Positions 14,080-28,355 of a stretch of 64,000 nt of DNA are shown in pieces. The stretch lies in contig NC_135813.1 in NCBI RefSeq assembly GCF_964213995.1, forward strand, positions 61,380,001-61,444,000, read 5' to 3'. The DNA comes from Mustelus asterias (taxonomy: Eukaryota). A program made the position numbers and the translations under genes. Each line of letters begins with the position of its first letter. Position 1 is the stretch's first letter. Below the pieces are notes generated by a model that saw only the letters and a list, made by a program, of their open reading frames with translations, had not been told where the DNA came from and ran no database searches.

Positions 14080-14900
14080 TAGTGTCCTGCAGAACAGAGG
14101 CACAACCTCCCTACGTTTTTACTCATTTCCCCCTGTAATAAATCATAACGTTCCATTAGCTTTCCTGATTACTTGCTGTACCTGCATACTAGCCTTTTGT
14201 GATTCATGTGGTAGGGCACCCAGATCCCTTTCGCCTCAGAGTTCTGAAATATCATGCCATTAAGACAATATGCTTCTTTTTATTCTTCCTGTTGGCACGG
14301 CATGGAGTGGCACGGTGACACAGTGGTTAGCACTGCTGCCTCACAGCGCCAGGGACCTGGGTTCAATTCCAGCCTTGGGTCACTTTCTGTGTGGAGGCTC
14401 CATGTGTCTACATGAGTTTCCTCCAGGTGTTCTGGTTTCCTCCCAAGTCCGAAAGATATGCTGGTTAGGTTGATTGGCCAAGCTAAATTACCCCTTAATG
14501 TCAGGAGGACTAGCACGGTAAATTCGTGGGGTTATGGGAATGAGGCCCAGATGGGATTGTTGTCCATGCAGGCTCGATGGGCCAAATTGCCTCCTTCTGC
14601 GCTGTAGGGTATCTATGACTGCCAAAATGGACAATTTCACATTTTCCCACATTATACTTAATTTTCCAAATCTTTGTCTATTCACTTAACTTATCTATAT
14701 CTTTGTATAGCCTCCTTATGTCCCACTCGCAACTTACCTATCTTTGTGTCATCAGTAAATTTGGCAATGATACATTCAATTCCTTCAGTCAAGTCATTTA
14801 TATAACTTGTAAACAGTTGAGGTCCCAGAACTAATTCTTGTGGCACACCACTTGTTGCGCCTTGCCAACCAGAGAAAGGCTCATTATTGCCTACTCTCAC
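14080..14900 (-). mobile_element. Decayed CR1 RT fragment with nested SINE
   Basis: SGVPQELVLGP...KFTDDTK in ORF 14691-14924. Confidence 0.75.
14294..14620 (+). mobile_element. tRNA-derived SINE
   Basis: Same family motifs. Confidence 0.85.
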
Positions 14901-15248
14901 ATAGAATTTGGCTCGGACCTCCAAGCCCAGCTCAGGAAAAACGACTTAAGGAGACAAAGCCTCGTGATCTCTTTATCATCAAACCTATCAATAATATTCA
15001 TTCCTCCCAGCCTAGCGGAGGAGAGAAGTGACACTCAGTGCCTAATCTCTCACTCTCAGGATTGTCGATGAGTGCCAGAAGAATCTCACCAGTATGATCA
15101 GGGTAAGCTGGGTAACACACCAGATACTGGGTACCAGCATACTCTTCAGCATTGTAACCAGCAGTAATCACAATTTCTGTTGTGATTTTTTCGTTAACTG
15201 TACTGTGAACAGACTATTTGGAGGAGTTTTCATCATATTGGCTTTTTA

Positions 15249-15543
15249 GGGCGGCACCGTGGGACCCTGGTTCAACTCCGGCCTTGGGTCACTGTCTGTG
15301 TGAAGTTTGCACGTTCTCCCCGTGCCTGTGTGAGCTTCCTCCGGGTGCTCAGGTTTCCTCCCACTCTCCAAAGATGTGCAAGTTAGGTGTACTAGCCCTA
15401 CTACATTGCCCTTTAATGTCAGGGGGAATAGCGGGTAAATACTTGGGGTTATGGGGATAGGGCCTGGGTGCATTGTTTTCGGTGCAGCCTCGACGGGCCG
15501 AACGGCCTCCTTCTGCCCTGTCGGGATTCTATCATTCTATGAT
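15249..15543 (+). mobile_element. tRNA-derived SINE (head partly deleted)
   Basis: Same family motifs. Confidence 0.85.
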
Positions 15544-16258
15544 CATCCGAATGCAACACTTGGTTAGCTAACATTTCATAACACGTTCATGTTAAGCGAG
15601 ATTCCAACTCACAACTTTACATAATGGCAACTGCTTTCCGAACAGCAATTACTCATGGGCCTAACTCTAAAAATCTTCTAGTCCCCAGTTTGCACCGAGG
15701 AAAGGCAGCGTGTTAGGGAAAAATGGGTCAGCTTCTGTGCACTTTAGATTTCACTATTAAAAAAAAGATTGGATCCTGGCATTGGAGTTTGTTACTGAAT
15801 GATGTTCGAGTCATATCGAAAGGATTTAGTTATTTGGTGCTGACTTGTACTCTACAGTGGTGATAATTGATAACTGCATCTTCTTCAAAGCAGTTGATGT
15901 GGTATCGTATTGCAGGGATGGTAATGAATTGAATGCGCCAATATTGGAATAGTTGAGTTGATAATGAAGTAAGCAGATGGTGCCATAGGTGGACCTGACT
16001 GACATTTGTGTTCTGATGTAGCATCACCGAGATTTCCCCGGATGATTGGCCATCATGATTGACTGCATCATGCAGTTCAGGGTTTATATCCAAGCCAGAG
16101 CCGCCTCGCCTGCAATATCGGAATCGAGTGTTGTGTTTTTTAGTGCTGAATTTGGAAAAGGCTGAGTTTTTCCCGAAATCTGATATTTGTGCGGATTGGT
16201 TTTGTTCGTCACCTTGACATGGGCGCAAAGGAGGAGGCTTACAAGTTTACCGACAATA

Positions 16259-16601
16259 TCATAGAAACCATAGAAACCCTACAGTGCAGAAGGAGGCCAT
16301 TCGGCCCATCGAGTCTGCACCGACCACAATCCCACCCAGGCCCTACCCCCACATATTTTACCCGCTAATCCCTCTAACCTACACATCCCAGGACTCTAAG
16401 GGGCAATTTTTAACCTGGCCAATCAACCTAACCCGCACATCTTTGGACTGTGGGAGGAAACCGGAGCACCCGGAGGAAACCCACGCAGACACGAGGAGAA
16501 TGTGCAAACTCCACACAGACAGTGACCCGAGCCGGGAATCGAACCCGGGACCCTGGAGCTGTGAAGCAGCAGTGCTAACCACTGTGCTACCGTGCCGCCC
16601 T
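16259..16601 (-). mobile_element. tRNA-derived SINE, young copy
   Basis: Closely similar to the copies at 235-556 and 42558-42914. Confidence 0.9.
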
Positions 16602-18142
16602 AAATGAGAAATTCTTCACTAATTCGTTTGCAAACAATGACTAACCTTTGACAATAAAACACAATGTATTTGTGTCTGATTGGTCGGTGCTTTGATTGGG
16701 TGAGCGCACATGTCTCGCTTTCTGGCACTCGAGGGGGAGGGTGCATGGCTGGGGAGTAGGGGAAGGCGGCATGGGAAAGAAGACGGTGCAGGAGGACGAC
16801 TTTGGGGGTAAAGCGCACGCTGTGGGAGAGTGGGGCAGCTTAGAGGCGGATTGGGACGACCCGGGAGGTTTGGAATGGGGTGTGGTGATCGGATGGCATA
16901 GAACGGGTCGAATGGGAGTTGTGAATGGCAGAGCAAGAAGCGGTAGGGCTGATATGAGAGGGATGAATAGATTGAAACCGGTATGGCGTGAAAGAATGAC
17001 ATAAATGAAATGAATGAATGGAATTTGGGTTTAAAGAGGTACTGTTGCAATAAAAATACTGACTTCACCGCAAATGCTTTGCTGGTCCTGTTCGTTGTGT
17101 TTAATTGAATTCAACAAATTGACTGAGGGGCACCGAATGTCAATACGAATCTTAACTCAAAGGTACCAATACAAACTAAAAGAGAAAATGCTGGAAAATC
17201 TCAGCAGGTCTGGCAGCAACTGTAAGGAGAAAAAGGAGCTGACATTTCGAGTCCAGATGACCCTTTGTCAAAGTTATTTATTGATACCAATACAAAACTG
17301 CACAGTCGGAGAGCGAATTAAAATACTGTTCACTCTCACTTAACTACATTTGTCACATTCGATTTAGACAAGACGGGAGTCACTATTCACTTTCACTGTA
17401 GGGAATTAACCTTATCGACTCCATTAAATCCCACAATTACATGCAGCCCCGTGGCATGATTCGATTCTTTCGATGGTAACCAGCATGTAAATGACTGAGA
17501 AAATCAGTCGATGGGTACAAACATTCATGCAGTGGGGATTGTTGGGATTGCTGGGTCTTGATCCATTTGCACCTTGAGTTGGTTATTCGGTGTAGTATTT
17601 GGCTTTCATTAACCTAAACATTGATTCAGACATGCACATCGGGTTGACTTGTGTAGCACTCAGGGCGGGGAGGAAACACTAATAACTGGTTTTCTGCAGC
17701 TCAATTAGAAAACCAACATGGGGACATACTGAATTGTTTCTTTGCACTCTTCAATGTTAAACGGCTGCTTGTTAATTTTTTTTTTGCATTTTACCTGGAT
17801 ATGGTGTTTAACTTCAGTGTCAGTGAATGTCTTCATCTGCAAACCACCTTCCTCTGAAAAAGAGTCCGTCAGTATCTGCCTAATACTTAATTTTAATAAT
17901 GTTCTCCGCGGTGGAGCATAACCCTCTTATGTACTTTGATTTTATTTTATGACAGATTCACTGCTGCGACATCTCTTTCAATAGGGCTCCAACTCTAATG
18001 ATTTGAAACATAATTATCCGCTGGCCCACTATACCTGGAGAATACAGGTAGAGTAATTAACATATCAATGCAGTATTATTGGTTCATCGTAAATTCGGAG
18101 GAATAACTGCGTGAAACCAATAATTGGGATTGAGCAAAATTT

Positions 18143-19072
18143 ATAAGAACATAAGAACTAGGAGCAGGAGTAGGCCATCTGGCCCCTCGAGCCTGCTTCG
18201 CCATTCAACAAGATCATGGGTGATCTTTTCGTGGACTCAGCTCCACTTACCTGCCCGTTCACCATAACCCTTAATTCCTTTAATATTAAAATTTTTATCT
18301 ATCCTTGCCTTAAAAACATTCAATGAGGTAGCCTCAACTGCTTCCCTGGACAGGGAATTCCATAGATTCACAACCCTTTGTGTGAAGAAGTTCCTCCTCA
18401 ACTCAATCCTAAATCTGCTTCCCCTTATTTTGAGGCTATGCCCCCTCGTTCGAGTTTCACCCGCCAGTGGAAACAACTTCCCTGCTTCTGTCTTATCTAT
18501 TCACTTCATAATCCTATGTATTTCTAAGATCTCCCCTCATTCTTCTTAATTCCAGTGAGTATAGCCCCAGTCTACTTAATCTCTCCTCATAAACCAAACC
18601 TCTCAATTCCAGAATCAACCTAGTGAATCTCCTCTGCACCCCTCCAGTGCCAGTATATCCTTTCTCAAGGAAGGAGCCCAAAACTGGACACAGTACTCTA
18701 GATGTTGCCTCACCAGCACCTTACACGGCTGCAACATAACCTCGCTGTTTTTAAACTCCATCCCTCTCGCAATAAAGGACAAAATTCCATTTGCCTTCTT
18801 AATTACCTGCTGCACCTGCAAACCAACTCCTTGAGATTCCTGCACAAGAACACCTAAGTCCCTCTGCACAGCAGCATGCTGCAATTTTTTTCCATTTAAA
18901 TAATAGTCCATTTTGCTGTTATTCCTACCAAAATGGATGACCTCACATTTATCAACATTGTACTCCATCTTCCAGACCCTCACCCACTCACTTAAACTAT
19001 ATATATCCCTTTGCAGGCTTTCAGCGTCCTCTGCACACTTTGCTGTGCCACCCATTTAGTGTCATCTGCGAA
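18143..19072 (-). mobile_element. CR1 3' fragment
   Basis: ORFs 18615-19055 and 18237-18476 (KCEVIHFG, LEYCVQFW, FFTQRVVNLWNSL); tail reads (TTCTTATG)n on the - strand. Confidence 0.9.
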
Positions 19073-19435
19073 TGCTTTCTGTTTTCAACATACTTGCAGT
19101 CAAAATGATATCAGTTCTTGGCAATGCATGCAATGCGATGCTATGGTCTTATTTAAATAGCGTGTCCCTCCATCACATAGAACCCATGCACTAGAAGCAA
19201 ACTATTTGGCCCAACTGGTTTACGCCGTGTTCCTACTCCACACAAGCATCTGTCCACTGTAATTCCCTCTTCCCACACTTCCTCCATATCTCGGTATCCA
19301 ATTCTTCCTCATATGAACGACAAGTTACCTTTTCAATACCTTCAATGAGGCTAAATGCCTCACCTACTTCATGTGAAAGTCAATTCCACATTCTCAACAC
19401 TCTGTGCAAATAAATTTCTCTCAGTACAAGTATAG

Positions 19436-20675
19436 TGTTACCATCCGAAGATCACAGAAGACCGCATCTTTTATTTTTTTTTGTAAACGTGGAGGAACAG
19501 TCACAGAATCGTTCAGTACTTTTAACAACCAGGAAAAAATATTAATCATGGTAAAATTGGAAAAAATTGTACAATAATCCTGTACTCCTCCTTAGTTTAA
19601 GAAATGCCCACAGCTTTTAAGATTACCACTGATTGCAAAGCATATCTTCAGCTACAAATGTTTCATTGACACAACATCCCTTTGAACACACAGGATGGTG
19701 GTGTCCTATACACTGCCCACTCTGAACGCGAAGTGAAAGCCTGTGAATTTTTCCTCAGAATTCACCCAGATGATTGTCACATGAAATGTTCCGAATTCCA
19801 CTCCCAAAAAACAACTTAAAATCTTATTTCACAAGAACGTTTTACATTAATGGTTTGCATTTGGAAATCTAGTGTAGGTTTTCCAAATTACTATTTTAAA
19901 CAAAGCTTCTGCTTCTCTTTTGACAACAGATCCAGTATCCAGGATTTATCGCTTTATCTTTTGGATTCCTTTGTCTTGGCTGTTGTACAAACTGTTCGCA
20001 ATTGCTTTAATTATTGATTCCCAAATAAGATGGCACCAAACATTTGGTTTATCGCTGAAGTTTGTTTTCCCACTTTAAATCTGGTGACTACATCTGACTC
20101 TTTAACTCAGAATACTTTACTTTACTCCTGAATTCTCTGAATAATATTTTGTCTCTGTTCTCTTCATTTCTGGCTTCTTAAGGAATTTTTTCTGTCACAA
20201 TTCCTTGGTTACCTGGACTGTATGTATTTGGCTCTTTGGGAAGCCTGCCTCTTTGCAGTTCCTGTGTCTTGTTTAGTCTTTGTTCTGACAGAGTTGAGAG
20301 ATGTTCACTACCCAGTGACCTCACTCTAACAGCAAACAAATTCAACTAAACTAAGAGCAAAAAACCTCTCCACTTTAAAAGGCCCCCAGTTGCTAAACAA
20401 CCGCTATTTACTCTTCACGCCCTAACTGTCTTTGAGCACAATATATTCACGATTGGAATTGAAATCAAGCCCACCTCCTCGCCCCCTGCCCACCCCCCAC
20501 CCCACCACCACCACCCTAACGCCTCACCACCTCACATATAAACAACTTTGTTCAGCATGAAGCTAAATATAGGTTTTACCCTTCCTTCCACAAAAACATT
20601 AAATTAAACCCACTTATTTCTAATGTTCATCAATACAAATATAAATTCCTTCAAATTATCTTTGTTTTCCTAACA
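19436..20675. mobile_element. Possible solo LTR (about 1.24 kb)
   Basis: TGTTA...TAACA termini; no matching TSD found. Confidence 0.35.
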
Positions 20676-21839
20676 TAAAAATATGATTGAGGCTATTCAG
20701 CCACTGCAGTCTGTCCCAGCAGTCCAATTAGATCAAAGTTGATCTATGCTTGAAGTCCATTCACCCACCTGTGTTTCATATCCTGTGATAAACCTTGCTG
20801 AATAAAACTTATCAATTTCGGCCTTAAAATTTCAACTGACGCAGCATCCATCGCCTTTTTAATAGAACTCGTTCCAGATTGTCACATACTTTTGTTATCA
20901 CTCTTATTATAACCAGAGAGAAATATGTTCTGTTTCTCCTATTGAATTTCTTAGTAATGTTCGTGACTAGTTTAGATTACACTCCATTGACTTTGCATGC
21001 AACATGCAGAATTTCACAAATAAAATCTCGCTATTTAATCACATATAGAAAGTTGCCAATTGTTTGTACAGGCATATTGGACAGAAAATAATATCCACAC
21101 TAAATTTAACGAAATAGTTCTTTATTAAATTGCAGGATTTATGACAATACCAAGAATGTTTGATCAGATCAATGTGAACACGCTATAAGATACAAACAGA
21201 GGTTCCTACAGACAAACTGCACATCTGTCGGTGGATCTTGAAGTGTTCCATTTAAAATCAATATATTGAATATGTAACGATTACGAAACTATTTGTTCTA
21301 ATGCAATAGCAGGTCAGCACATAAGATTGTTGAATTTCAAGTCTCTGGATCCCGCGATGCTGGCTTGGAGCGAGTTTACCTAAGTCCCGTGTTTCACCAC
21401 AACAAGAACACCATCTATTCACATTGCAAAAGGGAAGCCAATTCTAATGCAGCCATTTTCCTGGTGGCACAGTTGAGACATGAGTCAATTCTTGCGACAA
21501 TCTGAGGGTGATACAGCCAAAAACATTTGGAGGGAGGCAAATGCGATGAACGTCATCCTATTATCTCCGTATAGAGATGATAGAAGTAGAACTAACTTTG
21601 CGTCTAAAGATATACATAATCTCAAGATATAATGCATACATTTAAATCTGGTTCTTTGGTTAAATAAGCATCACTACTCGGAATTTTCAGTTGTCAGAAA
21701 ATGGTTTTTGTTATAGAATTCGCTGCAATGTTCCTACCTAATTAAACCTTGATGAATCATCTGGAAGCTATGAATAATATCGTACTGTGGACCACTCAAC
21801 ACATGTTGACAGGTCACCTGAAACGATATGTGTCCGGTC

Positions 21840-23660
21840 CAATCATTCCGGGGACAATGGCTGGCCATGGAAAATGGCAAGGAGCAATCCGGAGCAGGGA
21901 TAATTAATTGGGGGAAATCAAACTTCGATGGGATGAGAATGCATCTGAGTCCAGTGCGGTGGAATGAAATGTTGACAGAAAATGCAGTGACTGAACAATG
22001 GGCTACCTTCAAAGAGATAGCATAAAAGGCAATGTCAAGGTATATTCCCTCGAAGGGAAAAGGTAAGACAAACAAATCTGGAGCACCCTGAATGATAAAG
22101 GGAATAGACGTATGGATTAAAACTAAGAAATATATGTATGACAGATGTCAAGTAGAACATTCAGTGGAGAGTCAGATTGAATATAGAAATATCAGAGAGG
22201 AAGTGACGAAACTAATAAGAAAGGCAAAGTGAGAGCGTGAAAAGAGACTGGAAGCTCAAATAAAATTGAATATCGAGGTTTTCTATGAGCATGTAAATGA
22301 AAAAAAGGATGGCAAAAGAAAGAGTTTGGGTATTTTAAAGAATGAGTCTTGCTTGTGGAGGCAAGAGAAATAGCGGAGGTATTCAATTAGTACTTTGCAT
22401 GTGTTACAGAGAAAGAGAATGCTACCCCGGCTGAGGTGAGAGAAGAGGTAATTCAATTAATTTAAAATTGAGAACTAGGAGGAAAGGAATCTTTACTTAA
22501 TTTTGATAATGATGCAGAGGGAGGTGAGGACTGAAATTGGTGAGGCAATCATATAGACTTCGTTAGATGTAAGTGTGGTGGTAGAGGACTGAAGAATTTT
22601 AAATGTTGCGCCCTTGTTCATAAAGGAATGCAATGGCAAAGTCGGCAACTGCAGCCCAGTAAGTTTGACTTCAATGGGAGGGAAACTTCTGGAAAATGTA
22701 GTTTGTGGCAAAATCAATAGTCACTTCGACAAGTACGTAAGAAAAGCCAGCATTAGGGGAAAATAATGTTTAACTAACTTGATGGAGTTTTTTGAGGATG
22801 CAACAGAGAAGGTTGATCAGGGCAATGTTGTTAATGAGGTGTATATTCATTTTCAAAAGGCATTTGATAAAGTGCCACACAACGGACACATGAACAAACT
22901 TCTGGCTCATGAAATAAAAAGGAAAGTAGGAATTTGGATAAGAAATTGACTGAATGAGATGGACCAGATTGATTTTTGCTGATTCGAGGAAGGTTTGTAG
23001 TGGAGTTCCACAATGTTCAGTGTTGGGACCTTTGCTCTTCCGTATATATATGAATGACTTAGTGCAGGGGAAGATTTCAAAATCTTTTACGGATGATACA
23101 AAGATTGAAAGCGTTGCGGCTATGATGAAGATAGTCTTCAACGTCAAAAGGATATAGACACATAGGTGGATTGGGAAGACAAGTGGCAGGTGCAGAGCAG
23201 TGTGAGGTGATTCATTTTGGCAGAGAGAATATGGGGAGAAATATAAGATAAAGGGAGAAATTCTAAAAGAGGTGCAGGGACAGAGGGACCTCGTTATATA
23301 TGTATATCAGTAATTGAAGATGGCAGGGCATGCTGAGAGAACAGTTAATAAAGCATATCTTATCCTAGGACTTATTAATGGGGCGCTGTGCACAAGAGTA
23401 AGGAGGTCATTTTGAACTTCTTTAAGACACTAGTTAGGTCTCATCTGAAGTACTGCATCCAGTTCTGCACACCATACTTGAGGAAGGATGTGACGGCGTT
23501 GGGGAGAATACAAAAGAGAGTAACAAGAATGATTCCAGGCATAAAGAACTGTAGCTATGGGGATAGATTAAATAGATTGTGCCTGTTTTCTCTGGGGAAA
23601 AGAAGGCTGTGAGGATTCTTAATAGATGTGTTCAAGATCCTGTGCGGTATGGATAGTTTT
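21840..23660 (+). mobile_element. Old, fragmented CR1 ORF2
   Basis: GVPQCSVLGP, FTDDTK and HLKYCIQF motifs across frameshifted ORFs. Confidence 0.85.
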
Positions 23661-23961
23661 AAAAGTTTAAAGTTTCTTTTTTATTGATGTTACAAGTAGG
23701 CTTACCTTAACACTGCTATGAAGTTATTATGAAAATCCACTAGTCGCCACACTCCAGCGCCTGTTCGGGTAGCATTGCCACTGCATCTAACCAGCATATC
23801 CTTCAGACTGTGGAAGGAAACCGGAGCACCCGGAGGAAACCCACGCAGACACAGGAAGAGCGTGCAGACTCCGCACAGACAGTGACCCAAGCTGGGCATT
23901 GAACCCAGGACTCTGGCACTGTAAGGAAGCAGTTCTAACCACTGTGCCACCATGCCGCCCT
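23660..23961 (-). mobile_element. tRNA-derived SINE, alternative-tail subfamily
   Basis: Shared head and body, but the tail reads ...ttcatagcagtgttaaggtaagcctacttgt on -; also at 34341-34630 (-) and 43869-44147 (+). Confidence 0.8.
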
Positions 23962-25729
23962 AAACAAAACCGTGACAGGGTTCATTCGGAATTCGAACGT
24001 GGGACCTTTCGCACCGTCATACATGAGAAAACCCGAAGCGAGAATCATACCCACAGACCAACGAGTTACACACTCAAGCTTCCATACTGTTCCCGCTCAG
24101 TTTACTGATCTATTACCTTACTGGCTTTAGCGCATCTAGTAGGTTTCCACAGACATGCCAACCCTGCAGGGATATTCCATAGAACCACAGAATCCGTAGA
24201 ATCCCTACAGTGCAGAAGGAGGATTCAATTCAACTCCTGTGTTGCTGCCTTATGTGAGGAGGAAACACTAAAAACATTGCTCTTCCCACAGACCTGCAGA
24301 ATGTTTGCAGCATTTTTTTGTTTTTACTCCAGATTTCCAGAAGTACTTTGTTTTTGTATTTGGGACATGTGTGGCCGTCGCAATAAATTTCTTCCGGAAA
24401 ATCGGATAATTTTGACATTTCTGCGACAGGCAAGGTCTGGTATACCGTTGATCCCCAAAACTAATAGAACATTTATATTGGTTCTTCCTCTTAACAGAAA
24501 TACTCCAGAACCCGTTCGTGCTATCGAGCGTGAAGGGATATTTGACGGTCCTTGGTGGCATCAGCGTTGCAATCCCTATCACCACTCGAGGGCGTGCTAG
24601 AGTCACCAAATTTAACTGAAAATTCATTATATAATGTTAAATTTAATCTATTTCTTAGCAGGTCGCAAGGGTGAATAGGTCGTGAAAGTGCCTTATTATA
24701 TAATACCCTATCGTGACAGCGCCTATATAATTCAACAGATTCGTTATCGTTGTCGTTCTTTGTGCTGCTGACTTCAGCAATCTAACCAAGGCTCCAAAAA
24801 ACCTTCTGCTGTGCACAGTCTGTCTTTCATTAGCTTTGGTAATTTAATCTGAACATTACAAATCAAGCAGGTAACATCCCTTTAAGCATTTTTGCTAATG
24901 TTGCATCTATAACTTATTGGACCTGCACATCCCAAATCTTAAATCCCTTTGTACAGTGAGTTTTGCTCTGTTTCATTATATTCAACTTAATTAGAATTCT
25001 CAAGATTAAGTCACTTTGTTCTGGATTTTATTATATTGTTCATTATTAGAATCACCCAAATCGGCTAAACAATCTGTTTTCTCATGTTCACCCACTGAGG
25101 TCCATATTATCTCAATTCTCATCATAGCTAAGACCTTTTCTATTGATGAATGATCACTGAACCTTCTCCAAGACCACCACAATCTTCTACACCTGAGACC
25201 ACCAAACTAAAAGCAACATTCTAAACGTGTGACCAACACGTTTCGCAACAGCAGTTGTATTTTCCTACCTTCACAATCTTTCACTGTTGCAGATGATAAT
25301 CTGCATTATGTTAACCTTTGGCTGGCTTTTAATGACATGGTGGCTTTTTAATAACATATTCACTTCGACGGCTAATCCGGTGTTTGTGAGGCTGTATATT
25401 CCTACTGAGACTGTATTTAAATCTGTCATTCTCCGATCCAATATGTCTGACCTCACACTGTTATCCTTAATTAGCGTCTGAGATGCTTCCACCCTCTCTC
25501 CATTAGTTTGCAAAATGCTGACTTTTTTCCATAAATCACTCTGGACTGGCGTAGGATATCATCTGCAACTTTGCTTTTAGTTCCTTGCTTAAAGCCAGAT
25601 CATTATTAATAGGGTGGAAAGTCGGAGTCTCAACCGAGAAAGAAACAAAGAGATTTACTGAAGTTTTCTTCATATTTTTAACAATGGGAGGTTTTGATGG
25701 ACTTGGGTATGACTGAAAAAAGACGTTTG

Positions 25730-25762
25730 TAGAAACTTTTCGTCTTGGACTCATCAGGGCAG
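25730..25762 (-). ncRNA. Minimal hammerhead ribozyme motif
   Basis: - strand UGCC-CUGAUGA-GUC-CAA-GAC-GAAA-AGUUUC; degenerate inverted partner at 25879-25910 (+). Confidence 0.55.
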
Positions 25763-27699
25763 TGATCACTAACTGGTACATTCTCCTTGGTAATGCCACT
25801 ACCAATCAGAGCCTCCTTGTTAACCAAACAGCACTCTCACCTCGTACAGTATACCCCTGACATTGGTATTATTGCAATTGTCCTGATGAATGCAAAACGA
25901 AAAGTTTCAATAAAGTGCATTTTTTCAGCAATACCCAAGTTCTGCATTATTAAATGACTGTTTGGATTTTAATGGAGTAAGTGAAGAAACACTTTCTCTG
26001 ATTCGAAGATTAATGACATGTTAAAACTGTCACTAAGAAAATAAAGACAGGGAATAGGATACGGTCATTTGTGCAAATGGTTACTGGAGTAAGTACTGCT
26101 TCACCGTAGAAAGCAGTTGAAGGAGAGATTGTTGCTTCTCTGTAGGAAAATTGAAAAAGTAGTTGAGAAGGGAGATCCCCTGAATGTGGAAGGAAAGAAC
26201 AACTGGATCTGCTGGTCAATCGTTCTAATAAAGAGCGAATGGCGCTGCAAACTTCTACACGGATTGGCGCGGGGCGGGGGGGGGGGGGCGGGGGGAGGTG
26301 GGGGGGGACCTTTAGCTACATTGCGAATAGGGACACAGATTAAATGCTGTGCACTGGAATTTCAAGGTTGACAACAAGACGGTTTCCTTCACAAAAAGTG
26401 TACTCAGTGCGTGACAAATTTGCAGACATAATAGTTGCATAATATATGAGAATTCTGGAATTGTATAAAAACCTATTGGATCAGAGCAATGGAGAAACTA
26501 TAGAGTATTTATGGATGAAAAAACGAAGACAGTTTAAAATTGCCTTCATTCCCGAAGAGTCATCCCACTGGGCTGCAAACGTTAACTCTGTTCCTTTCTG
26601 CACAGATGCTGCCAGACTTGCTGAGTTTTCTCCGGCACTGTTGTTATTTAAAATTGCCTTCAGCGTCAGAAATTACCTTCTGATCAAAGCTCAAAAGACA
26701 ATGCAGGGAATGCTTAAAATCCTGACTCCTGGTTTTTGAAAACTGAGCTATTGAGAAATACTAGAGGAAATCAGACTTGGTAATGTCAAATCAGGGCATT
26801 AATTGTATTTGTGTAAGAAATTGGCATGGACAATTCAAATACTGTGCTACTTCAAATTAAGCCATAATTGAAAAGGAAGGGGGAAGAGAAAGGCTTGTAT
26901 GGCTACCTGGAGTCTCTTCCTAAGGCAAAGAAAACTATTTCCAGCAACGAACTACTGGCTAATGAAGGTCAGATCTCTGGAATTAGTCAAAGGTCTGCTT
27001 GAGGTTATGATGGTTGTACAATCGTTTCATTTGAAAGAATTGGCTAGGTTGATTCATTGTTCTCCCTCAGATTAATTTACTTTTCTGAGAAAAACTGAGA
27101 ATAGAGTCGAGAGCTACCATGTGAACATGTAATGAGTTAAAAGAGAAAGTAAAAGTGGTTAATCATAGAATCCCTACAGTGCAGAAGAGGCCATTCGGCC
27201 TTCAATTCTGCACCGACCCTCTGGCAGAGTAGCTTACCCAAGCCTCCTCCCCTGCCCCATCCCTGTAACCCCGTGGTTTATTGATTTGATTTCATTTATT
27301 ACTGTCACGTGTATTGGGATACATTGAAAAATATTGCTTCTTGCGCGCTATACAGACAAAACATCCCGTTCATATATTACATAAGGGAGAAGGAAAGGAG
27401 AGGATGCAGCGTATAGTGTAGTAGTCATAGCTAGGGTGTAGAGAAAGATCCGTTTATTATACGGTAAGTACCTTCAAAAGTCTGATGGCAGCAGGGAAGA
27501 AGCTGTTCTTGAGTTGGTTGGTACGTGGTCTCAGAGTTTTGTATCTTTCTCCCAACGGAAGAAGGTGGAAGAGAATATGTCAGGGGTGCGTGGAGACCTT
27601 GATTATGCTGGTTGCTTTTTCGGGGCAGCGGCAAGTGTCAATGAGTCAATGGAAGGGATGGATTTACCGTGGCTAATCTATCTAACCTACACATTAAAT

Positions 27700-28355
27700 T
27701 TAGGAATGCGTTGAAGTGGGGAATGTTGAGACGGTTTGAACTGCTTGGGCGAAATCGGGGACAGATATAAGCAGTGAAAGGAGAAAGGAACTAAATAGTG
27801 AAAGAGTGAGTCTCATGGTCATTGCTTTTCTTGATCTGTATTTATGAAATCGGCTTGTATGTGCATGGTGCATTTTCAAAATACTTACAAATACTGGAAC
27901 TGAGAGGAGGGTAGTTGTAGAGTTCACGATCACAGAGTCAGCCTGGTGGCATGGCTGGACACACGGCAGCTGATATTTAACGCAGAAAAATATGAAGTGA
28001 TAGATTTGGTAGGAAGCAATATAAAAAGAACATACAATTCTAAAAAATGGCGCAGGAGCAGAAGGACCTTGGGCCTTGTGTCAAAATATTGTTGAAGATA
28101 GAAAGTCAAAAAGCACAAGAGACCTAGGCTTTTTAAACAAAGGCATAACGTATAAACCCAAGAAACTTATGGTGAAATCTATAAAACAGTGGTTCGGCCT
28201 TAACTGCAGGAGCGTGGCCAATGCTTAGCATCACACTTCAGGAGGGATGTGGAAGCGTTAGATCTGGAGCAGAAAATATTTTTGACAACGGTTCTAGGGA
28301 TGAGGGACTTCAGTTGTGTAGTTATTTTTGAGAAGCTGGGGTTATTTTCCTTAGA
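27700..28355 (+). mobile_element. Highly decayed CR1 fragment
   Basis: Degenerate CR1 C-terminal coding sequence (e.g. cacacttcaggagggatgtggaagcgttag; gagaagctggggttattttcc). Confidence 0.55.

Noticed and set aside
15830-16228. 132-aa ORF on the - strand
   Set aside because: No domain motifs; probably a chance open frame in decayed repeat sequence.
17754-17921. Short ORF resembling a signal peptide (MLNGCLLIFFLHFTWIW...) after a GC box
   Set aside because: Hydrophobicity is explained by a T run; it stops after about 55 codons with no Ig domain following.
24499-24619. Candidate exon (E)ILQNPFVLSSVKGYLTVLGGISVAIPITT... after a good acceptor
   Set aside because: No recognisable domain and no partner exons.
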